NCBI GenBank assembly: GCA_964247055.1
Contig: OZ176050.1
Coordinates: 11,594,001 to 11,658,000 of the forward strand
Length of the DNA: 64,000 bases
Direction: 5' to 3'
Source: Paragordius varius
Lineage: Eukaryota; Animalia; Nematomorpha
Under the pieces are notes generated by a model, which worked only from the letters and a program-made list of their open reading frames with translations, was not told the origin of the DNA and made no database searches. The position numbers and the translations under genes were made by a program. Below are positions 1 to 12,756 of the stretch, in pieces (position 1 is the first letter of the stretch; each line of letters begins with the position of its first letter).

Positions 1-25
1 TATTTACAACCATAATATACATTTA

Positions 26-1519
26 CTAGCTGGCCCTGTCACGCTTTGCTGTTACGCAGTTTCACCGATAATTATTCTTAATAATTAGCAATAAGGGGTA
101 ATGGAGATTCATATATAATAAAAAAACATTTAATAAAATTATTCTTTTACGGGTTTTTTGCATAGGCTAAAATATTTACTCGAAATTGACCATATTTAAA
201 CTCTTCCTTATTAAAATTAATATTCAACTATCATTGGATTTATTTTAAGATTTTCGTTTTACGAAATCATGGTTAAAAGTTTTAGTTTAAAATGTTTATA
301 CAGCTGGGATCAAAGGATATAAAAAGTAAATCATTTGTGGTCCCTTTTTAAAGGTAAGAATGATATTACACAAATTCCCGAGAAATGTATAACTTAATTC
401 GTATGGCTTCCCAAGTTTTTTATAAATTAGCTCCAAAACCACGCCATTTTTGTATGGCCTCTCAGTTTAAACCGGTAAACTCCTACCCATATACCTATGT
501 GGAAAAAGCGCTGAGTTAATTTCTTTGCCTTTATAAGGCAAATATTTGGAATCTTCTTTGATACCATCATAGGTTATTCGAAAAGATACTTTAACGCTAA
601 ATAATCGTTATATGATGGCGTATTTTTAGAGGCCCTCAATTAACGGCTAATAAAAAACGCCTGACCTTTTTTACCTAGTTACGGGTAATATTTCAAACTT
701 TTAATGAGCTCACATGGATTCTTAAATTTTCCGAAAATTAGCACCAAAACAACGCAATTTCTATATAGTGGCGCAGTTTTTGGCAGGTACCCCCTAACCC
801 AGGGGCAGGTAAAAAGTGCTGGGCAAAATTTTTGCCATTATATGGGGAATATCTGGATTTATCATGGATTTCATATGTACTAGATTCATAGGTTTTCTGA
901 AATTTGGTTCGAAAGGCATGCTATATCGATCACGGGTAGCCCCCTAACCAGGGGCGAAAAAAAATCGCTTATGTTTGCCTTAATTCGGGTAATACCTAGA
1001 ATCATGATTGATTTTATATGCTCTCGTTGGATTTTCGAAAAATTGCCATAAAACCAAAAAGTCATTCTATGATGGTGCAATCAGGGCGTGAAGGGCCTAA
1101 TTAACGGCTAATTTTAAAAAACCGTACAACCTAAATTTTTGCCTTGTTACGGGTAATATTTTAAGCACTTATTGAACTTATATGGCCTGATAGTTTTCTA
1201 AAATTTAGCCCCCAAGGCACGCTATTTCAATATGATAGGGCAGTTTTTAGCAGGTATATCCTTACCCAGCAGCCTATATAAAAAAACGCACGGCTAAAAT
1301 TTTTGCCTTTTAACAGGGAATATCTGGAACCTTCATCAAATTTTTACGGTCTCATACCCTGGGCGAAAAATACACGGGGTGGGCCCGAAGGAACCTTTTA
1401 AAAAAGGGCGAAGCTATTGTCGGAGCATTCATTAATGATTATATTTTTCCGATATTTAGATTAAAATGGGTCTAAAACAGAACACAAACCACGACTTTCC
1501 ATTTTTATAAATTAATAGA
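26..1519 (-). mobile_element. Non-autonomous Helitron, apparently complete, with internal ~145-165 bp tandem subrepeats
   Basis: On the minus strand it starts A|TCTATTAATTTATAAAA (1520/1519). It ends with an imperfect GC-richer hairpin (plus strand cacgctttgctgt) followed by CTAG|T (26-29/25), so it sits in an A|T site with no TSD. About 6 diverged internal units. No Rep/helicase ORF. Homologous to 12757-15225. Confidence 0.75.
480..1345. repeat. Diverged tandem array (~145-165 bp units) inside Helitron copy 1
   Basis: The motif tttgcctt..acgggtaatatttcaa / ggggaatatctgga recurs at about 523, 667, 830, 973, 1136 and 1299. Confidence 0.8.
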
Positions 1520-2604
1520 TTTTCCTGTTGAATTAGCGAGTAAAAAATTTATAAAAAATGACGGCAAAAAAGTTTGACAGAGGATTTTTTTACATATTAA
1601 AAAATTTTGTATAATGCTTCTAAAAGGCTAAAGAAAGCCTATTTTATAATTCGACTTAATAACTTAAATAATTTTTAAGATATTTTAATTCAACTCGCTT
1701 TGGGATATAAAATTACCCCAAAAGGTAATGGAATGTTAAATAATGCCAGTATATAACCGTCTAAAAATTAAATCAATGCATCCTGATTTAAAAACCCATC
1801 AATAATCTGGTGGATGCCGATTATTAATAAGCTGTTTATGAACGAATGCATATAGTCTCATTTAAAAAATTGTTTTTGCATGCATTATACCAGATAATTT
1901 TTTTTTGAGGGCTTTGCTTTCTAAATCTTATACAACACACACTTTTAGAACGCAAAAAATTTTTATTTGTTATAAATCCAAATATTTAGCCCACTTAATT
2001 AGGCTAGTTTTCTAAAAATAAACGCGAAAATGAGATCGTGCGATAATAATTTTTAATGTGTACTAGATTATGACATCAAAAAAGTATTTTTAAAAAATCG
2101 TTACCATGCTTAATTAAATAATTAAAATCATAATGAAGCATATTTATGGTATTTTGAAGTAAAGAAACAGTATAAAACGCCTTAAAATATTATAAAAACA
2201 CTTTTCATATATGACATTAAACATTTTTACTACCTCAAAATGAAAACATTTGTTCGTATAATTTCTAGTTTTTTTTGTAACACATTTTATGTTTAACTTA
2301 AATTTGAACACAAACAATCTTTTAAACTTTGGACGAAAGATATGATTAATAATATCAAATTAAGAGTGTTTTTATAAGTTTAATGATATCGTTTTTATCA
2401 TGCTCCAAAATACTAAAAATTCGATTCATCAGAATTTCGCTAACTAATATATTAACATAATTATTTTTCAAATATTTTATAATACTTATCGTGATCTTTA
2501 AACCAAACATACGAGACTACCGGAGCCCACCTGAAATTAAAAATTTTATAAATATATTGTTTTGCTTTTAAATATAGTGGATATATCTTAATGGTATTTT
2601 TTGG

Positions 2605-3810
2605 ATGGAAGCAATTAGATTTTACGAAAAAAAATTTATTTATTATAATGTGCATAAATTTTACAATTTTTTGATATTAACGAAAAGTGGTGATTACTTT
2701 TTAAATCATTCTTAAGGCTCAAAACCAAATGCACCCTGAGAAGCCTTATATATTATTTATATATTTAATAGGGGAATCTTTACAAACCCCTCTCGAGTTT
2801 GTGCACTGTATATATGGAAGTGTAACTATGATTTATGGTAAAAAAATTCTTTATTTGTTTTTTTATTGAATAACTTAAAGATTTATCCATTTACTAATAT
2901 ATTAATTAAAGTGAATCGCAATTAATTATTGATTAAATAAAAATTTTAGAATCCACTTATATTATTTTGAAATGGCAACAAAACTCACAATCGATTCCTA
3001 TTACTTTTAAATTATTTTTCCCTAATGCAGTTATTTACCTGGTTGTTATCAATTATATAGGTTTGAAAAGGATCAAGCCGTTTAGATTTGGTAAATTGTT
3101 TATCATACATGCCATGTATATTTTATAATCTAATTGTTATTGATTTTAAAAATCGTTACGTTGTTTATATTAATTAAGCCTATGGATAAAAAACATTCTT
3201 AATATTCATCACTTAAAAAATCTTGTATAAAATGGCGGATTTTTGTTTTAACAGCCTAAGCCTATTAAGTCACTTCCCATGCTAAAATTTAAATTGTACT
3301 GAAATGTCAACGTGAGTTTTGAATAAAAGGAAAGTGCACATAAAACAAAAACATCATCCCATGATGCCAACTCAGTACATATCTATCTTTATAAAATTCA
3401 TACCAAAAATATAAAAATCATTTCAATATAAGGGTAACATACATTATGCCTAAAAATAGTTATTCTTTTTATAAGTTTTCATTATGCACGAACTTTTATG
3501 GGGATTTTGGGGAATGTTTAACATTTTTATTGGTGACGTTGGATCTAAAAAACTTTTTATTCCAACATCTAAAGCAATATTAAAATAAAAATTGTTAACA
3601 TAGAGTTTTTTACAATTTGTCCTATAAGGGATCACCTTTAGATATGTTCTATTATAATATCACACATGTTTTATTCTTAGCACTATTTCCTGGTGAGTAT
3701 GTTTAATGCAGAGAATTTATGAATTTGGCCAAAATTATGCAGGATACAACCTATCATTAGATCTCCTCAGATATAATGCATTTTTTTGCAATACTACATA
3801 TGGATTATAG
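2605..3810 (+). other. Candidate small multi-exon membrane-protein gene (unverified)
   Basis: Phase-compatible GT-AG segments 2605-2686, 2772-2837, 3031-3090, 3476-3532, 3681-3692 and 3743-3810 join into a 114-aa hydrophobic ORF. No family recognised; segments were selected by eye. Confidence 0.25.
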
Positions 3811-4109
3811 ATTTACTTAAAATTATTAAGTTATTTTGTTAGAAGTGCTATTAATTTTCCCATAGGTATAGTAATATCGTTTTAGGGATGTTTTTTTAGG
3901 AAACTCAAGAATAAATCAGTTTTATTATTTCAATAAGGAAACCCTTTCTTAAAAAAATGAGCTTAGGAAAAACTTAAAGGGTTTTTTATACACTCCACCC
4001 AATGATTATAGGTGATGCAAAAATAACTGTAAAATATCCACATTTTATGTGCATAATGTAAAATATGGGTTCACCTAAAATGCTCTAGTCTGAAAGGAAA
4101 ATTAATATT

Positions 4110-4720
4110 TAAATGCCCATATTGGGGAAACCAAACATATCTAATGCACGGCAGTTTAATATAAAATTTTGGGTTCGAAATTGTAAACATCATTATTCTA
4201 GTAATATCAGTTATAATAATGGAATGTCTAAACAACCATCTCACATAAAAGAAAACTCGGCTGGGTGATATTCAAATTCAATTATGTATTAACAGATAAA
4301 GACATAACCGCAAAAAATTAAATTAATATGTATAAAATAGGTGTCCGTCCAACCCTTACATACGCCAACGAAACTTTAGCCATCACAAAAGCATTAATTC
4401 AAGGCTAAAAAGAACAGAGGACAGAGTTTTAAAATATATAACGATAAACTCTATCATAAATAAATTGAACCAATAACAGCTTTTATCAGAACAAATAGAC
4501 TCGGCTACTTGGATCACATAAGCAAATCTGATATATTCTAAACAAGGAAATTCTCGATTTACATATCCCTCCTGCCGAAATATCTTAAAATAATAAAGAC
4601 ACTACAAAAAATAGAGACTGTTAATTTTGAGAAATATAAAGGGACGGCCCAAAACACCTTGGACTCAAATCATACAACAAGATTTTAAATCCCTAAACAT
4701 ATCTAGAAACGCCTAAAAGA
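4110..4720 (+). mobile_element. Decayed RTE-like non-LTR retrotransposon (RT C-terminal region)
   Basis: Broken frames give GWVIFKFNYVLTDKDIT..INMYKIGVRPTLTYANET and NRLGYLDHISK. These match the RTE-clade KxxVYKxxxRPxLTYGxET and RLRWxGHVxR motifs. Multiple stops and frameshifts. Confidence 0.65.
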
Positions 4721-5924
4721 TAGAGTTTTATATATTTATCGTAAAATTATCTATGGAATCCCAGTATCTGGGCCAAATAAATAATACCTAAACATCGACC
4801 CTTATTTTATAGATATTCTCAAAGATTCTGCTATAACTCCATAGTTATTCATACAATATGTAAATCTTAAGGGAGAGGGGGAGGAGCGGTTGTTTTTTGC
4901 AAGCTGATAATATAATTTTATTTAATTTGACAGATTAAAATTTAAAGCTAATAGATGTATAAACATTTTAAAGTAAATAAAGGGCAAATAAATATTAGTA
5001 TTGGTTGCAATTAAGCTAAAACTTAACACAATGATAGTAATATAGAATGTGAAACAAATTTTAAATTTATATTATAATAAATAATATTAATTGTAGCAGA
5101 AAAAAAATCAAATGCTTTGAGATAAACGTATTGGCTTTTAATTGAAAGAGGTACATGGGTCTGTTGTACAATCCAATAATATGTACCACTATCAAATAAA
5201 GAAGATATTAGAATATAAACTTAAGAGAAAATGTTTAAATGGGTAGAATTTTTAATAAATTTAAATTTGACCATGTTTAAATACCGGGCAGTGAAGTTAA
5301 TTAATACAGAGGGAATGGCTAAAAACAGATTACATGGTTTGGACATTATAAAGAGACACACATTCTATGGAGCTGTGTAGGGACAATATTTGTAAGAGAA
5401 ACGTGGTCATCTTTACGACTTATGATTCCATTCATAATAGTTAAACCGATTAAAAATTTTCTATAAACTGTTAATGATTGTTAAGGCAGTCATTTTTGCT
5501 TATATACTATGACTTGAATGTTTTAAAGAGCATATTTTAAGGTAATAATACAAATTTCATCGGATATATTTATAATTTTCAAAGGCAAACTTCCACAATA
5601 ATATATACGTGCCTGATTCCCCTCTTTTTTCAAAGCTGTTGATTAAATCAAACGAAGCTAATATTTTTTTTATAACATTATTTATAAAACATCAAATTTA
5701 CTATAAAACATTGCGATATAGTGATGGAAAAAATGTTGTGGGATCTGTGCATAAAACAAATAAATTTTAAAAAACAATGTATAATTTGATTTATTTTGAT
5801 TCATTATTCGGATGACAAGGCCAAACGTAACATTAATTCTCAATAATTTTTTAGTGGTTTGAATTTCTTTATATTATTAAAAAATCATAAATTTAAAATT
5901 TAAATATTTTACAATAATTTATAC

Positions 5925-6475
5925 CCTGATATAGCTAGGGTGGTGATGGAAAACAAAAAAATCATGGAAAAAATAAATGCACCCATAATTAAATATTTAA
6001 CCAATTTGCCAAAAACTGGGTTTGAAAAACGCCCTAATAATGTAAATGGTTGTTGATAGTTGTATATAGCCTCTTGGGAATGTTGCGATTTCATTATTTC
6101 CAGATCCCTATAATTTTCATCCTTTTGTTCAAAATTTTGTTCGCTAATATCATCATTGTTTAATATCTCGTTTTGCATGGTAGGCACATAATTTTGATTA
6201 GAGTTAAAGATTTTGGATGTATTAAAGTTATCTTCCACCATATCTGGCCCTATATCGGATTCGGTAAAATCTGTGAGAAGATCATCCTTTACATTGGCAT
6301 TTTCATTCGGTATACGAGCATGTTTGGAAATGTAATTTTTATAAAAGGAATATAGCATTAGAACTTCAAGTACTAAAACTAACAGGATATTCATTAACGA
6401 TAATAAGGTCATACGGACCAAAAGTTCCGTTTGGGATAGTTTGTATCGGGCAAACAAAACCTCCCAAGAATCCAT
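5925..6475 (-). CDS. Probable first coding exon of a membrane protein; N-terminus resembles transmembrane adenylyl cyclases
   Basis: 551-nt open exon from ATG 6475 to a GTATAA donor at 5924. WEVLFARYKLSQ followed by a hydrophobic helix resembles the E-x-L-(Y/F)-x-R-Y motif before TM1 of membrane adenylyl cyclases. A second hydrophobic helix lies near the exon end. No downstream exon was identified in the window. Confidence 0.4.
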
Positions 6476-8491
6476 TTTAACACACCCAATCGATTTTAAA
6501 AATAAAAATTATCGTATACCAATAATAATTTGATATTTATTGATTAAACAGTAATAGCATTATTTGACATTGGTACATTGATTTTATTTGTGAAGGAAGT
6601 AAGCTATTCTATGTTGGAAACATATTTTTTATAAAATGAAAGAACAAAAGAAAAGTTAACCGATATATATACGCGGTTATTAATTGTAACACAATGAAAT
6701 CTTAAAATCGATAATATAATTTTTACGAATAAATTTCTAAATATAATATTTACAGTATTTAGATATATAACTAAATATACATACTATTTTAACGCTTTTT
6801 GAATTGCGCTTTTTTAATTTTCATTTTTTGCGGACAAAATTTTTTTTATCGCGTTATAACTTAAAATATTATATTATATCCTATAAGGTGTTTTTGAATA
6901 AATTTTATATATAATGATGAACTAACAAGAGAATGAGAGTTCCATTAATATTATTCACATCATTATATTTTGGGTAGTTTTTTTAACACAGAGCGATTTC
7001 AAATTAGAACATAAAATTATATATATTGGGCTAAATTTAAAAGTATGCATTCTATAGGATATTAGGGACATTTTTTTGAAATGTAAAATTGTTAAAAAAT
7101 CCTGGTCTCAAACTTTTTGGCGCTATATTTCTTTTTCCATTTTTCGTTATACCGTTGGGAAATTAAATTGCTGTTAAAAAATAATATTATAAATTTTAAA
7201 ATGCTTTTGTTTGCAGTTAATCAGTCGTTACATGTACATTTGGTTGAATAGTTACAAATTGTAAAATCTATAAAATAGAGGTGTGGTGTATTTTTGATTA
7301 TAGGAAACAGCTTATTTTTACACAAGTTTAAGTGCAATATTAATTTCCCCAATATTTATTCCATAATTAATACTAAAATTAAAAAGATAAATGGAAAAAA
7401 CTAAAAATATTATTTAAAAACTATATTGTTTTAACTATAGCTTTTAGGTATAGATGGCAAGGGAAACCGAATCTTTGACTGACTAAATTATATATAATTA
7501 TAAAGTTTATGTAGGAAGAATTAATGCAAAAGTATGGCTGTGTATAAAATATTTTTCTTCTGGTTTTGAATTTTGTCCTGATTTAAATTTTTACTGCAAA
7601 AGCTAGAAGATAATTAGATGTGAGTTACATAAAATCATAATTGTTACGGATTGTTTCGGCCTAAATAAAACAACCCAACTAATCTAAAACATTTTTCACA
7701 CTAAATATGATGAAAGATCGCAACATTGTTCTTCATAAAGTCTAAAATACCTTTAAATTATTTTTATTCTTACAATTAACCATATAAATTAAAAAAATAT
7801 TAAAGTCAAGGTTTATATTTAAAACGGAATAAAAATTCTTGAATCTGATTGCCGTAAATATTTGTAATCATTATGATTAAATACAATTTCGATCTTTAAC
7901 ATGTTATATTATTAGCTCTTTCAATGACACAAAAATAGAGGAAAATATTTATAAAATGCCATTTAATATATCATTTAGAAGTTTGAAATGCTATTTAGGT
8001 AGAAATGTTAAAGGTTTGAATTAAATTTAAGCACATGCGACAACTCAAATTATATTATCAAATTTTAATTTGTTTCTGTAGTATACTCCATAATGACTTC
8101 ATTAAAAACGGGTTGTTCACTCTCATTACAATTTCTAAATCATTACCGATGAGATTGGTTAAAAATACTTTATAGCCTTTTAAGTTTATTTTTTTATACA
8201 GAGTTATCTATCTCCAATTTATTGTCGCCAAATAATTAAATTGTAAAATCCATATGAAAATAATACGATTTTATATAACGTATATCCCTATGATTAACTT
8301 AATTAATATAATCGTAATTCCAAAAGTAAACTAAAATTAAACATGTGAAACTTCTTATCCCTAAAATATCATCTCTAATCCAAAAATTTTCATGTTATTT
8401 TTTCTTGTTAACTATTTTTTATATTAACAATATATATAGCGATCATTAGTTTATGGCTATAACGCAAAATATTAAAACTACATTTTGAAAT

Positions 8492-9054
8492 TTATTGATA
8501 AATGGCAGATTGCATGGTAGAAAGTGTATTCTCCGCCACTTTTTCGGTTAATTGATTTGGTTGGCTGAGGTGTATTGTACGATAATTAATATATAGCAAC
8601 GGGACGGCGATATATGTTTTTAATTTGGTAGTAATATGAGAATCCTTTTGTAAATGTTAAAAAAACCTGAGTTGCAATCATATAATGTGACAAATTTTTC
8701 TTTTTCACCATACTTAGTAAACATTTGTTTGCTTTTATTGGAGAATCGATGTGATCACATGTTTTAATTTTGTATTGTTTTGCTATGTGAAGAGCACCAT
8801 ATACAGGTTTTCCTTAAAATTTGATATTAAAAGAAACCTAATTTTGTTAATTCGTGCAAGACACAGGATGTAACATAACATTTTATTTCTCCATTAAGAT
8901 ATTTAGTTAATTGTTCTTTAATGTTAATTTTTTCTTTGAGGGCAGTATGACAGAATGTTCCATCTATTAGAATTTGATAAGGCTCTTTAAAATTAAAATT
9001 TGTTTTGTAAAATTTTAAGATTTTTTTTGAATGCCTTTGACGCTTAATTTTCAT
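8492..9054 (-). CDS. UTP23: rRNA-processing PIN-domain protein UTP23 (3 exons, 171 aa)
   Basis: Exons 9054-8838, 8812-8667, 8644-8492; introns of 25 and 22 nt. Spliced product MKIKRQRHSKKIL..EPYQILIDGTF..TSCVLHEL..LGKPVYGALHIAK..TCDH..KCLLSMV..HYMIATQD..VPLLYI follows the UTP23 consensus across both junctions. Confidence 0.93.
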
Positions 9055-9127
9055 TGCTTCGCTATCTCATATGTAAATTAATTTAGAAATTACTTATTCA
9101 AAATTGTTTACACAAAACACGTGCTTA
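9055..9127. promoter_or_regulatory. Putative compact bidirectional promoter between the UTP23 and REEP start codons
   Basis: Only 73 bp separate the two divergent ATGs. The spacer contains one CACGTG E-box palindrome (9118-9123). Function is inferred from geometry only. Confidence 0.5.
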
Positions 9128-9831
<704 letters not shown>

Positions 9832-10645
9832 AGTTTTATTTATGGATAACACTAACTCACAATTTTAATACTAGTCCAAACATTTTGTGTGCTTTTATTG
9901 TTTTGTTCTTTATATTGTATTTATACCAAAAACATTCAAAAATTATCAAAAAAATGTTAGTAGGCAATATCAGCTAATACGCTTTATTTTTTGTGATTTA
10001 TTGTGATAATGGACCACACATAACAAATGATCAATATAAATTTTGTTTTTGCTGAAGAAATTATTTTTGAAAACAATGTTGATGAATTAATTCTACCTAA
10101 GAAATATTTTTACCAATGCGTTATTTTATATTTATTTGATGCATTGTTTTAGGATAGCTAACATAAATAAAATTCGATTAACGATTCTCAATATATGAGA
10201 GAAACGACCTTGTAAAAATATATATGAGAATTATGTTATATAAAATTTTTATTATAGTAAATACTCTTAAAAACGGTATAGTCCGTCGTAACAAGCATTG
10301 CTCAGAAAAATGGAAATAAATTTGGCATTTACCAATAAGTAAACACTCTTTTCGATGACTTGTTTGGTGCTTTTGCGCTAAGCCAAAAAATTTGTTTTTG
10401 CGAGCTTATATTTTGATTAAAAGCTTATAACTCTTGGAGTTTTTACAGTTTATAGAGTTTAACGCACTTTTGTCAGTATTAAATGTAATTCAATTATGTA
10501 TTGTTATTTGGTCCACATTTTTATACCTTCAACTTAAATTTCAGGGGTGGTAAATGGCCATAAGAGTTATAATAGTAACGAAACAATTTTTCACAAAACT
10601 TGCAAAATAAGTTATGGAAGCAATTTGCGCAAATAGCGCTTATAT

Positions 10646-12343
10646 CAGTGGTACTCACCAAAAAAATTTGACGGGCCAAATAAAATATATTTTTTTTTCA
10701 AGGGCCATGAACCTAACAATGGCAAATATTCCATAGTTATAATCAGAACAATGAATTTTTTGCGGATCGCATGTAAATCCAGCTAAAAACTAGTTTTGAA
10801 CCATTAAGTTTAAAAATTAAAATATATGATAACTACATTTATTTTAATATTTACCAATAATTTTTAACAAATATGCCTTCGCCTCATGGCAGGCCAATCT
10901 TAATAAGTCGTTCATATGATCATCGGTTAAGCGATTTCTGTATGTATTCTTGACATGCTTCTTTTTTGAATATGCCGTTTTACACGTGTAAGTGGAGGAA
11001 AAAACAATTAGGATGACTTGAGCACATTTTTTTATATTTTCAGATTTATTTGGAACATCTTGCCAAACTCTACATATCTTTTTTCTCTACGATTATCCTG
11101 AATATAGTAACCAAATTAGAATAATTTTTTTAAGTCTACGAATTCTTTAATGATACGTCTGATCAAAACCGAAATGCTCAATTTGCTTAATATTGGATAT
11201 CCATATGCCATGGATTTTCAACGAGTAAGCAATTTTAATATTTCTTAATTCTTGAAATCTGAATTTCATCTCATTAAAATGTTAGATGATTGTCTATTAT
11301 TAAATTAATCTTCGCGGTAAATTCCATATTTTCTTTATGAATCGATTTAAGTGTTGGAAAATATAGGAGTGTTTTATTTATAAAATCTTGTTTATATATT
11401 ATTAATTTTTCAAAAGCAAATATTTGATCAGCAAATTGGGTTATTATTTTGCTTACTTGAAGACTTGTAATAAAAAAACCAAGTTTATAATGTCGCAAAG
11501 GGTGGCTAATAAAACCCATGTCTTAATTTCCTCGTACTTGCTGTTATCTTTTATAAATAATAAAATTTTATGTCTTAAACAAAAAAATCTATTTATTTTT
11601 TGCTATGGCTAGCCATCTCACAACGGTGTACAAAACATCAACTGTGGATATCTTTGAAGGTTTTTGAATTTAGGGCGGTTGAATACTTTGTCACGGATGT
11701 GGTTGGCTATATCTTTTCGTTTCTTTTCTCATGATTTTCTGGTATTTTATGAAAATTATGGATTGTATATGTTTTAATTTTAAACGACAAAGAATTATTC
11801 TTCCCATTCTTATTAAGGTGCGATTTTCATCGGATAATTTATGTTTTTAGCATTAGATGTCATTCTTTTTTAGGTTTAAATATTATGTATTTTTTTTTAA
11901 ATAGGAATATAATTTTAATTATGCATTAAAAAAACAGGTCGACATTTAATGAAGTTGACTTTGAAAATATTTTATGGGAATGAGTTATAAAAAATGATGC
12001 AGGATAGCATTGAAAGAATATGTATATGCAAGTTTGGGTGAAAGGCTGCTTAAATACAAAAAAAGGAATATAATAATTCAAAATCGAAAAGAAAATACAG
12101 CAGAAACAACGTGTGCCAAAATTTTGAAATCATTTTAATTAAGGAAATTTTTCTACAGTTCAAATTGGGTTAAATATACCAAAATCAAATCTAAAGCAAA
12201 TAAATTAAAATTTAAATAGGCGAAATTCGTTTGTCAAATTTAAAAATTCATTGATAAAAAATAAAATTAATTTGGTCATAGGGCAATTTTAAAGCACTCT
12301 TGGGGCCGCATGCGGCCCGCGAGCCGCGGTTTGAGTATCACTG
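10646..12343 (-). mobile_element. Decayed hAT (Charlie/SPIN-like) DNA transposon, copy 1
   Basis: Termini CAGTGGTACTCA / TGAGTATCACTG. Perfect 8-bp TSD GCTTATAT (10638-10645 and 12344-12351). Subterminal GGGCCGCATGCGGCCC palindrome. Transposase remnants homologous to copy 2. Confidence 0.9.
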
Positions 12344-12756
12344 GCTTATATAGTGGCTATGGGATGTATACAATAATGATGATTTATCAAAAAGACGGGT
12401 CTTCTTATCAATACCAAAAAATAAGTTTTCCCTTTACTCTGATAGCATATGTATGTTGGGCTTAGATAGTGAAATTATAAAATTGATTAATATTCTTACC
12501 TTCATTAATGTATAAAACCAAATTTATAATTTAAATAATTATACGAGAAAGTGAATAGATTTATTTGCATTCAATAATGACCCCACAGTATCTATATGCA
12601 GATGCAGCGTTTTTATCTATGTTCTAGGAGTTATGGGTCTTACATGCCATTCATAACCTAGCACTTTTGTTCCATATGCAAAAGTGGCAAAGTCGGCGCA
12701 TATCATATCGAATAAAATTTTTTAGGCAAAGCTGACAACCTCAAATAAAATATTTT

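Noticed and set aside
5329-5466. Open frame ITWFGHYKETHILWSC.. as an exon
   Set aside because: WFGH matches the RLxWFGHV motif of RTE-like LINEs, so this is more likely another retrotransposon remnant.
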